Assembly (NCBI GenBank): GCA_001189215.1
Contig: LFCR01000006.1
Location: 840 to 64,839, forward strand
From: Parcubacteria bacterium C7867-008
Lineage (GTDB): Bacteria > Patescibacteriota > Minisyncoccia > Phycocordibacterales > Phycocordibacteraceae
Length of the DNA stretch: 64,000 nt
Direction of reading: 5' to 3'
Below the pieces are notes generated by a model that was not told the origin of the DNA, made no database searches, and was given only the letters and a program-made list of their open reading frames with translations. The position numbers and the translations under genes were made by a program. Shown piece after piece: positions 56,254 to 64,000 of the stretch (positions within the stretch are counted from its first letter, which is position 1; each line of letters starts with the position of its first letter).

Positions 56254-57118
56254 TATGATCCATCACTGGCATGGACATGAATGAATTTAGGATAGCTGAG
56301 AATGGCATGGTCACGCTTCCATAATACCGTACCGGCCCTGTATCGCTTGGCTCTGCAAGTACGGCATAGGTCTCGGGAGTAAGTGCAGCCCCTGATGCTT
56401 TAGCGTCTTTTACCCAATTTTCAAAGTCATCGTCTTCAAGTGCACGTGCGGTAAAGGTCATTTGTGAAAATCCTTCACCGCTGTAGTTGGCAGAACGACC
56501 AGCGAAATCTCCTGGTTCAGGAGCAATAAGGTGTAGGGATGTGCTCATGCCGGTCATTGCATACATCTGACCTCCAAGAGCAGGAATCCAGAATGAGTTC
56601 ATGGGTGCATCTGCCGTGATATGAAATTCAATAGGTGCATCTGCAGGGAATGCCACTTCATTCACGCTAGCAATTCCTTGTTCTGGGTATATGAACAACC
56701 ACTTCCAAGGTAATGCGACCACCTCGACCACCACCGGATCCTTTGGATGGTTGAGGGCACGCATTGGATCTAGTTCATGCGTACTACTCCAAGTGAGAGC
56801 AGCAAGAACCAGTACGATTTCGAGTGGTACAGACCACCAGATCAATTCCTCCATTGCGGAGTTTTCCCAGTTTGGGGTGTACTTCGCTTTGGTGTTTTCA
56901 GCACGGTAGAACCAACCAACAAATATAATCAGTATGAATACCGGTATTACAACGATAAGCATCAGGAATACCGTGCGCACCATAAGATCTCGCTCTAGAA
57001 GACCAATAGTGCCAGCTGGATCTAGTAGCGGAAATTGACCTCCGTGTGCAACTACCGTTAGCAGCACAACAAATCCTATGATGCCGAGAGACAGGGGAAT
57101 GAGTAACCGGGACTTCAT
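56240..57118 (-). CDS. cyoA: Quinol oxidase subunit II (CuA-less CyoA type)
   Basis: Signal/TM, then VVEVVALPWKWLFIYPEQGIASVNEVAFPADAPIEFHITADAPMNSFWIPALGGQ. CuA Cys/His ligands are absent, as in quinol oxidases. Confidence 0.85.
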   Translation of the reverse strand: MKSRLLIPLSLGIIGFVVLLTVVAHGGQFPLLDPAGTIGLLERDLMVRTVFLMLIVVIPVFILIIFVGWFYRAENTKAKYTPNWENSAMEELIWWSVPLEIVLVLAALTWSSTHELDPMRALNHPKDPVVVEVVALPWKWLFIYPEQGIASVNEVAFPADAPIEFHITADAPMNSFWIPALGGQMYAMTGMSTSLHLIAPEPGDFAGRSANYSGEGFSQMTFTARALEDDDFENWVKDAKASGAALTPETYAVLAEPSDTGPVRYYGSVTMPFSAILNSFMSMPVMDHIEHH

Positions 57119-57973
57119 CTAGTTCATTGTAACGGTCAGTAGGCTATCTAGGAATGCACTAAAATCCTCAGGATCAGCGGTTGCGTTCTTGAGAACCTGA
57201 TCTTTATAGGAAGTGAGTTCGAAATGATTACGTGTTGTTTCTTGGGTGCCTTCCACCAGCTTAATAAAACCTTGTTCCATAAGGTATTGATCTGCATACC
57301 CAGTGAGGTTCCAAGAGATGTTGTACGGAAGAGTTTTAGGAGCAAGATCATTCACAATATGAGCCAATGCATTAGTGCAGTTCTCAGTGAGAGTGTTGTA
57401 GAACCGAGGACGCGTAGCAAGTTCATTTGTTTGATTCACGCTGCCACGGAACAACGCTTCAGACATAGTTGAAGTGATAGCAAGAGGGTATCTACGTACC
57501 GGATGATCAAGATAGAGCATACGGCGGGTTATAAAATCACGTTCCGTACCCCATTGGTAGCTTAGCTCGTATGATTTGAAGAGACCTCGTATTGCTGAAT
57601 AGTCTTCTCCCGCCTCACGACGTGCTTCGATTGAAAAGGAGAGTGTTGTTCCATCTTTGAATTCAAAACTAAGGAATGTGTGTCCAACCGCTTTCCATTG
57701 CGAGAATGGTTCCGTAACAAACCAAACCTTCTTTATTGCTTTAGGGTCTACCTCCACTGTTCGCCATTCCTTCGAAGTGATGGTGCCATTGCCGTAGGTC
57801 CAATCCCGTACATTCGAGAGTGCAATATGTCCGTTTGAGAGGGTGGTTGCTGTTGCGGTGCGCGAGAATTCTTCAGACCAGTTCCGATCGGTGCGTGGTT
57901 GAATGCTCAGGAAAAAGAGAAGAGCAGCTATAACTGCCAGTACGAGTGTCCATTTTAAAACCCTTTTACTCAT
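57119..57973 (-). CDS. Hypothetical secreted/periplasmic protein, co-directional and abutting the cyoA start
   Basis: Signal anchor MSKRVLKWTLVLAVIAALLFFLSI. No motif I can name with confidence. Confidence 0.35.
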   Translation of the reverse strand: MSKRVLKWTLVLAVIAALLFFLSIQPRTDRNWSEEFSRTATATTLSNGHIALSNVRDWTYGNGTITSKEWRTVEVDPKAIKKVWFVTEPFSQWKAVGHTFLSFEFKDGTTLSFSIEARREAGEDYSAIRGLFKSYELSYQWGTERDFITRRMLYLDHPVRRYPLAITSTMSEALFRGSVNQTNELATRPRFYNTLTENCTNALAHIVNDLAPKTLPYNISWNLTGYADQYLMEQGFIKLVEGTQETTRNHFELTSYKDQVLKNATADPEDFSAFLDSLLTVTMN

Positions 57974-58027
57974 TACTGGTTATTGTATCGCATGTATGGT
58001 GGTATTCTGATGGCATAACACCTGTCT

Positions 58028-58426
58028 TTGACTACTATGGCTGAATATATTCCGGGCGTCTGTAACATCGGGGAAGAGGAAGTAAAAGGACGTATCGTGT
58101 CCGGTTGGTTGGGACTCATCCTCACCATTGTCATAGCTGCCATCCTTGTTTATCTACAAGCAACTAAATGGACGTATCTCGTTCTCTTCTTTCCAGCTTT
58201 TATCGGTGCACTTGGCTTCCTACAAGGAGCATTCCATTTCTGTGTTGCTTTTGGTACGCAGGGTCTCTTTAATGTTTCGCAGGGAATGGGGCATACTGAG
58301 TCCGTCTCGCAGGCAGAGTATCGTAGTAAAGATCAAAAGAAGGTGGTGTTGATTTTGGTGTATTCGGGAATAATTGCAGTAATCATAGCCGGTGCCAGTT
58401 TACTTTCCTTGAGCACTTTTTCTTAA
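58028..58426 (+). CDS. Hypothetical 3-TM membrane protein
   Basis: Hydropathy only. Confidence 0.3.
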   Translation: MTTMAEYIPGVCNIGEEEVKGRIVSGWLGLILTIVIAAILVYLQATKWTYLVLFFPAFIGALGFLQGAFHFCVAFGTQGLFNVSQGMGHTESVSQAEYRSKDQKKVVLILVYSGIIAVIIAGASLLSLSTFS

Positions 58427-60385
58427 AAGTGGGAGTTTTACAGTAAAGATGGTGCCTCGATTTATTACGCTGCTAACCCAAATACTCCCACCTTCTAGCT
58501 CAACAAGTTGCTTTACAATCGCAAGACCTAAACCACTACCCGGAATGTTTTGCTGATGATCCTTGCTCCTGTAAAAACGGTCAAATATTTTATTCAGTGC
58601 GGATTGTTCTATGCCACAACCACTGTCTTGAATAATTATTTCAGCATTTGAATATAAAACACGAAGAGAAATATTAATCTTGCGAATTTTTCGTTTCCCA
58701 ATATATTTGAGCGAATTACTTATTAAATTAATTACTACCGTACGGATTTGTCGTGGATCACCAAATATTGTTATATTTTCTTCTATTTCTTTTACAATCT
58801 GAATTGACCTACTTGCAGCAATTACTTCAATTTCTTCACAAAGATCTTGTATAACTTCATCGAGTTTATAGTAATCTTTTTCAGTGTTTGTCACTTGTTC
58901 TAGGTGTGCCAGTTGGAGCAAGTCCTTTATATATAAAGAAATATTATTTATTGTTCTCTCTAGGCTTTGAAAATCAGTATCTTTTAAGTTCCTTCCACGT
59001 AATCCTTCAAGTTTTATTTTAAAAATAGTTATTGGTGTCTGTAGTGTATGAGATATGTCTAGAATCATTTCTTTTTGTTGTTCGTGCAGAGAATATATTT
59101 CTTGTGTCCTTTCCTTTACTTTATCCTCTAGTTCCTCAGTATATTTTTCTACCTGCTGATGAAGCCTAACTCGAGCAAGCGCAGTAGACGCCTGGTATAC
59201 AAATGTATTAAGTAGCTTAATATCTACAGCTTTATATTGTTCTCCGGACCGCTTTAGACCAACTTCTATATAACCTATGGTTTGTGTCTCAGATAGTATT
59301 GGGAATATTAGATGTCCGGGCAATGCTTCAATCATGTCAATTTCTTCATCGAGTAATATGATTCTTACCTTCTCTGAACGAAGGATTGAAGACAAGTTTT
59401 TCTCAATCTGACTAATTAACTCGCCAGGAGTTTTTGCAGTATAAAGAATCCCGCTTAATATATGCATTGCATCTGCATACTCATACTTATCTTTGAAAAA
59501 TAAAGCATCAGTTACTCTTTTTAAATACCGATCAAGATATGGAATCGAAAAAGTACCTATAAGCACTGAGACCCCACTACTTATATAGATACCCATATTA
59601 GTAACACTACCCAAGACTGTTGTTAGAATATAAAGTACTACTAAATAGATAAGTATTACGCTAAGAAATAAAGATGTATAGACCAAACCAAGTTGGAAAA
59701 TAGCCTTTACTTCAAAAAGATGATGTCGAACTGTTGCATACCCAACGCAAACAGCAAAAAAGATTGAACAGATTGGTCCTAATTCAAAAAATCTTAGTTC
59801 ACCGAAGATTGGGAGAATAATATCAAACAGTACTTGACTAGTAATAGTTATCAATAAACCACTTAATACAAGGAGTATTTGCATCCGCTTTGTATTTTCA
59901 TGGATGTAATTAAGCGAGTATATTAGTCGACTTGAGCCGTATGCAAGGCATGCCAAAAGAAGAACGGCAGCTACATTATAAATAACCCCAGGTACGATTT
60001 GAGCAGGTGCATTTTGTGGGAATATTACACCCGCAACACCCAGATCACTAAAAGCTAGTGGAGTAATAGCTAATGTTAATACGCCATAGATACTGAGGCG
60101 ATGTATTGGCGGAATCCTCTCTTCAACAACGAGATCAATTACAATTAAGGAAATGAATAAGTTTATACCGCCAGCAATAAAGGCAAGTCCACTTGAAATA
60201 ATCAACCAGTCACTTGTATATGAAATATCTGCTACCACGTTTGACTCAATCCAGACCGCAGTGCTTATGAGATAAAATCCCAATGTTGTATCAAGACTTT
60301 TTGAATTCCTAAACAACAGAAGTAATGCGCCACATATAAAGTAAATAATCCCGAATATCGATGCGATATAGGTAAGAAAGAACAT
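58400..60385 (-). CDS. Sensor histidine kinase with N-terminal ~10-TM integral-membrane sensor domain
   Basis: H-box DISHTLQTPIT. HATPase N/G boxes: INLISNSLKY, DSGCGIEQSALNKIFDRFYR, GSGLGLAIVKQL. The gene is markedly AT-rich, about 33% GC. Confidence 0.75.
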   Translation of the reverse strand: MFFLTYIASIFGIIYFICGALLLLFRNSKSLDTTLGFYLISTAVWIESNVVADISYTSDWLIISSGLAFIAGGINLFISLIVIDLVVEERIPPIHRLSIYGVLTLAITPLAFSDLGVAGVIFPQNAPAQIVPGVIYNVAAVLLLACLAYGSSRLIYSLNYIHENTKRMQILLVLSGLLITITSQVLFDIILPIFGELRFFELGPICSIFFAVCVGYATVRHHLFEVKAIFQLGLVYTSLFLSVILIYLVVLYILTTVLGSVTNMGIYISSGVSVLIGTFSIPYLDRYLKRVTDALFFKDKYEYADAMHILSGILYTAKTPGELISQIEKNLSSILRSEKVRIILLDEEIDMIEALPGHLIFPILSETQTIGYIEVGLKRSGEQYKAVDIKLLNTFVYQASTALARVRLHQQVEKYTEELEDKVKERTQEIYSLHEQQKEMILDISHTLQTPITIFKIKLEGLRGRNLKDTDFQSLERTINNISLYIKDLLQLAHLEQVTNTEKDYYKLDEVIQDLCEEIEVIAASRSIQIVKEIEENITIFGDPRQIRTVVINLISNSLKYIGKRKIRKINISLRVLYSNAEIIIQDSGCGIEQSALNKIFDRFYRSKDHQQNIPGSGLGLAIVKQLVELEGGSIWVSSVINRGTIFTVKLPLLRKSAQGK

Positions 60386-60505
60386 GACAATTTAAGTATC
60401 TTTTAAAGATTAATTATCCGAAATAGAACTATTAGCAAAATAAATTAAATTTAAATTTTTACTGAAGAAAATATTTTGCATAAATTGCTGCTCATATATA
60501 AGGTT

Positions 60506-61018
60506 TCAATGTTTCTTTACAATCCTCCACTCTCTCCAAATAAAATACATAACCACAATATCAAAGAGGGTAATGGCAATAACCGCTATCGAATGCTGTG
60601 TAGCAATTTGATAAAACTGATACACAAGGAACCCAGACAACACCACTAATGATGCTGGATATGCCCACAGCCAATTCTTCAGAAGCGCACCAATGAGCAC
60701 TGATTTAATAAGACCACGTGAGAGTAGGTAAATAGCAAGAAAGAGGGCAGTGCCGGCACCATATGCTCCTATCTCAGAAACGAGATGTTCATGAATATAG
60801 GGGATTGATGATGTGGTCTCAATAAGGAGTGACAAAAGTGAGATAAACAGGCTGGTAGGGATAATGAGGAGAAATATACCCACGATCACCTCTGCAACAG
60901 AGATTGCGCCCTTTAATAGGACGCTTATAAGAAAGAATTCGTATATCTGTTTCTCTTCTGCAGGGCTTTCCACAGTGGGCTCCATGGCTGAAGTATACTG
61001 TACCCATGCTTCTTCCAA
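60506..61018 (-). CDS. Hypothetical 4-TM membrane protein
   Basis: Hydropathy only. The start may be the Met at 60985. Confidence 0.3.
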   Translation of the reverse strand: MEEAWVQYTSAMEPTVESPAEEKQIYEFFLISVLLKGAISVAEVIVGIFLLIIPTSLFISLLSLLIETTSSIPYIHEHLVSEIGAYGAGTALFLAIYLLSRGLIKSVLIGALLKNWLWAYPASLVVLSGFLVYQFYQIATQHSIAVIAITLFDIVVMYFIWREWRIVKKH

Positions 61019-62349
61019 CCCGGAGCACTGTGGTACGACCGTACTTCTGGCTCACCATGCTCCTTATAGCAGTGGTGGGAATTGCTGTTTCTGCCTACGT
61101 GTATGCACAGGTAGACACGACGGGACGCAGTCATATTATTGAGCGCGCTAATACGCTTGCCACGGCGATACCGGTTGCTGAACTCCAGGCACTCAGTGGT
61201 TCAAGTGAAGACCTCTATCGTCCTGAATATCAGGTACTCAAGACACTTCTCATGCGCGAGCATGAGGTGAGTTCAGATGTTCGCTTCATATACCTTATTG
61301 GTAAGGCGTCGAATGATGAACTCTTCTTTTATGTAGACTCTGAAGATCCAACGTCAGAAGATTATTCACCGCCAGGTGAGTTCTATCCCGAGGCTACACC
61401 ACTCATGTATGAGTTCTTTTCAAATGGAAAAAGCGCTTCAGAAGGACCAGACCGTGATCGTTGGGGAATCTGGGTCTCTGCTTATGCCCCCGTACGTGAT
61501 GCTAACGGAAACCTTATCGCCATGTTGGGTATGGATGTGCCTGCTGCGCCATACATAACAGACCTTGTGGTATATGCAGCACTGCCACTTCTATTTGCAC
61601 TCCTTATAATTGTCCTTTTGATATCAGATCGCACACGTCGTAGACGTAAGGAGGATGTGCTGGCACAACGTGCCGAATTCCTTTCAATTGCATCTCATCA
61701 GATTCGTACTCCGCTCACCGGTATGCGCTGGGCTCTTGAGCAGCTCCTTGATTCAAAGACCTCGACCTGGAGTGAAGGAGATCGCACCATTCTTTCTCTA
61801 ACACATGAAAGCAGTTCAGATCTTATCGCTCGTGTTAACAATCTCCTTGATGTAACAACGATCGAGCATCGTGGTGGAGTAACCGAACCGAATCAGTCGG
61901 TACTTATGCACCCGCTGTTCGAATCGATTGTTGAAAGTCTTATGCTGAGCGCAAAGCGCAAAGGCATAACAATCACCCTTGATAGCACTCTCCCAAATGA
62001 TCTTGAGATTGTGTGTGACCGTCAGTCAATCCAGCACGTATTCTTTAACCTCATTGGTAACGCAGTGAAATACACCAAACCAGACACAGAGGTGACGGTT
62101 TCATATGGGTGGACACCAGAAGGCCACCAGTTCTCTATACGAGATCGAGGTATGGGTATTGCTGCATCTGAACAGACACTTATCTTCGAGGGATATCATC
62201 GTACACAGCAAGCTATGGAAAGTGGAGAAGCAGGTAGCGGCCTTGGTCTCTATCTAACAAAACAACTCGTAGAACTTCAGCACGGCACCATTAGTGTTCA
62301 TTCAACGGTAGGGGAAGGATCAACCTTCACCGTCACACTCCCGAACTAA
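61006..62349 (+). CDS. Sensor histidine kinase with periplasmic sensor domain between two TM helices
   Basis: H-box ASHQIRTPLTGM. N box FNLIGNAVKYT. G boxes DRGMGI and GSGLGLYLTKQL. The start may be the Met at 61057. Confidence 0.75.
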   Translation: MLLPTRSTVVRPYFWLTMLLIAVVGIAVSAYVYAQVDTTGRSHIIERANTLATAIPVAELQALSGSSEDLYRPEYQVLKTLLMREHEVSSDVRFIYLIGKASNDELFFYVDSEDPTSEDYSPPGEFYPEATPLMYEFFSNGKSASEGPDRDRWGIWVSAYAPVRDANGNLIAMLGMDVPAAPYITDLVVYAALPLLFALLIIVLLISDRTRRRRKEDVLAQRAEFLSIASHQIRTPLTGMRWALEQLLDSKTSTWSEGDRTILSLTHESSSDLIARVNNLLDVTTIEHRGGVTEPNQSVLMHPLFESIVESLMLSAKRKGITITLDSTLPNDLEIVCDRQSIQHVFFNLIGNAVKYTKPDTEVTVSYGWTPEGHQFSIRDRGMGIAASEQTLIFEGYHRTQQAMESGEAGSGLGLYLTKQLVELQHGTISVHSTVGEGSTFTVTLPN

Positions 62350-62732
62350 GAATCTGCAGGCTTTGGCTTTGAAAGGTGCTCCTTTATAAGATTCACCACT
62401 GCGGTGATCTGAGGATCAGACTTAATAAGGTATGCGATAACACCACTGTCTGCAGCGCGTGCCACATGTTCCAACTCATTCGAGTTACTTAGTACAACAA
62501 ACGGAGTGGCTGCAAGAGGAGCCATGGTGCGGATTTCTTCCATCATCTCGAGACCACTCTTTTTTGGCATCATCACATCGAGCACCACTGCATCAGGTTT
62601 CTCTGAAAAGTATTTCTCAACTCCTTCCTCACCATCCTGTGCGGTTATAACCTCGAATCCAGATAGTGCGAACTGGTTAGCCAGTACCGTACGCAGGAGA
62701 GTATCGTCTTCAGCGATCAGGATCTTTTTCAT
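62346..62732 (-). CDS. Stand-alone response-regulator receiver domain protein
   Basis: KILIAEDD ... AVVLDVMMPKKSG ... VVLSN ... YLIKS with no output domain. Convergent with the kinase and overlapping it by 4 nt. Confidence 0.75.
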   Translation of the reverse strand: MKKILIAEDDTLLRTVLANQFALSGFEVITAQDGEEGVEKYFSEKPDAVVLDVMMPKKSGLEMMEEIRTMAPLAATPFVVLSNSNELEHVARAADSGVIAYLIKSDPQITAVVNLIKEHLSKPKPADS

Positions 62733-62800
62733 GAGCAGAGTATAGCACCAACTAGGTATTCAATTCATGAAAAGGTCAAAATGCTAGAATGATACGTATT

Positions 62801-64000
62801 ATGGTCACAACCGAGGAAGAATCTATCTCATTTCCCGCAAAGCTCCGGATTTTCTGGCGTCACGTTGGCCAGTATAAAGGCGTTCTCATACTGGTCTCGT
62901 TCCTTGGGGTCTTGTCTGCAGTAGCTAATGGTGTGGTTCCGCTTGTGATGGGACGGTTCTTTGATTCCTTGGTACAGACCAGCCAGGTGACACTTCCTGT
63001 GGTAGGTGAAGTAATGAATTGGCAGTTCCTCTTAGGATTGTGGGTGTTCGTGCAACTGGTAGCAAATACTATTGATTGGCTTATTAGTCAGCAGAGTCGT
63101 TCCTTAACAACAACGATTGAAGCACGGTATACCGTGGATGCGTTTAGTCGTCTTCTTAAACTTCCCGTTGGTTTCTTTAAACAGCAGAAGGCAGGTGAGC
63201 TTGTAAACAAGATCAGTCGCACCAGCTCACAAATAGGATGGATACTCGGAAGTGTTCTCATTGGTCTCGCACCTTCATTCCTTTCAATTGTGGTTGGTCT
63301 AGGAATTGTGTTCTGGCTCCGTCCGGTCCTTGCATTGGTGCTGGTAGTTGGACTTCTTTTCTATGGCCTATGCTGGTTCTTCTTCCTACGCCCTGTGGGA
63401 AAGCTTCAAGAAGAATATTTAAAGAAATGGAGTGATGCCTATGGTGAGGTGTATGACTCCTATGCAAACCTCCAGACTGTAAAGCAGTCTGGAGCAGAAT
63501 TCCTTCAAGCTGAGAAAGCGAACGAAGGATTCTTTGGTACCGGTCGCACGGTATGGCTTTGGAACAAGTTGGAATTTGCTTGGAACAATATGAATGCGCT
63601 GCAGCGTATTCTCGTTGTTGCTACCCAGCTCATCATATTCCTCATATCAGTCGCATTCATCACTCGTGGAGAGATGACCATCGGAGAACTTATTACGTTC
63701 AACGCTTATGCAGCATTGGTGTTTGGACCATTCGTACAGCTTGCGAACCAATGGCAGAACGTACAAAACGGTCTCACGGCTGCAGCACAATCTGAAATCA
63801 TCTTCGCAACAGAAACTGAACCGTACGATCCGCCCGATGCCGTAGCACTTGATCCATTTAACGGTTCAGTTGTATTCAATGACGTTCATTTTGCATATGA
63901 AGAAGGGCAACCGGAAATATTAAAGGGCGTCTCTTTCGAAGCAAACCCAGGACAGGTTATTGCATTTGTTGGAGAGACCGGTGCAGGTAAGAGCACTTCT
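62801..64000 (+). CDS. ABC transporter permease/ATP-binding fusion (MsbA/exporter type), 3'-truncated at window end
   Basis: Manual translation from ATG 62801 gives a 6-TM ABC_membrane domain followed by ...GSVVFNDVHFAYEEGQPEILKGVSFEANPGQVIAFVGETGAGKST (Walker A). The frame is open to the last base. Confidence 0.75.
   Translation, partial: MVTTEEESISFPAKLRIFWRHVGQYKGVLILVSFLGVLSAVANGVVPLVMGRFFDSLVQTSQVTLPVVGEVMNWQFLLGLWVFVQLVANTIDWLISQQSRSLTTTIEARYTVDAFSRLLKLPVGFFKQQKAGELVNKISRTSSQIGWILGSVLIGLAPSFLSIVVGLGIVFWLRPVLALVLVVGLLFYGLCWFFFLRPVGKLQEEYLKKWSDAYGEVYDSYANLQTVKQSGAEFLQAEKANEGFFGTGRTVWLWNKLEFAWNNMNALQRILVVATQLIIFLISVAFITRGEMTIGELITFNAYAALVFGPFVQLANQWQNVQNGLTAAAQSEIIFATETEPYDPPDAVALDPFNGSVVFNDVHFAYEEGQPEILKGVSFEANPGQVIAFVGETGAGKSTS

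Overview
This 64 kb window reads as a compact, gene-dense bacterial chromosome segment. GC is about 45% with two sharply GC-rich patches, one at positions 1-340 and one in a 600 bp gene at 4.8-5.4 kb. No transposase, integrase or CRISPR array is visible.

The window divides into five blocks:

- **Housekeeping genes (0.4-9.7 kb, and again at 23.0-26.8 kb):** recG, a peptidoglycan amidase, malic enzyme, a NUDIX hydrolase, a GT4 glycosyltransferase and tRNA-Ser, then ligA and gatCA.
- **Type IV pilus locus (9.7-23.0 kb):** essentially complete. It contains pilM, pilN, pilO and a PilP-like gene, then pilB, an orphan receiver-domain gene, pilT and pilC. Four tandem major-pilin paralogs follow, then pilD and four minor pilins; the last minor pilin is PilX-like with a poly-Gly tail.
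- **Membrane-lipid genes (27.4-39.1 kb):** a tRNA-Met, then a CFA-synthase-like methyltransferase and a PlsC-like acyltransferase, followed by a tightly coupled seven-gene operon at 32.3-39.1 kb. Its products are an NAD-binding reductase, a DUF3419/BtaA-like protein, a UbiA-like prenyltransferase, a PEP-utilizing phosphotransferase, a GNAT and a CTP-transferase/dolichol-kinase-like membrane protein.
- **Surface-structure locus (39.2-52.5 kb):** this is the most striking feature. Three Thr/Gly-rich repeat proteins come first, one with a Tat-type signal and one with peptidoglycan-hydrolase-like motifs. They are followed by tatC and a small tatA missed by the ORF track. Next is a 1,395-aa secreted protein built from about 10 near-identical ~95-aa tandem repeats and ending in a dockerin module. 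Two membrane-anchored cohesin-domain proteins follow it directly. This looks like a cohesin-dockerin anchored cell-surface fibril or adhesin system.
- **Respiration and signalling (52.5-64.0 kb):** a cyoABCDE-type quinol oxidase operon plus heme O synthase, two sensor histidine kinases, an orphan response regulator, and a 3'-truncated ABC exporter.

The gene content overall is reminiscent of small-genome episymbiont-like bacteria, but I cannot assign lineage from sequence alone.
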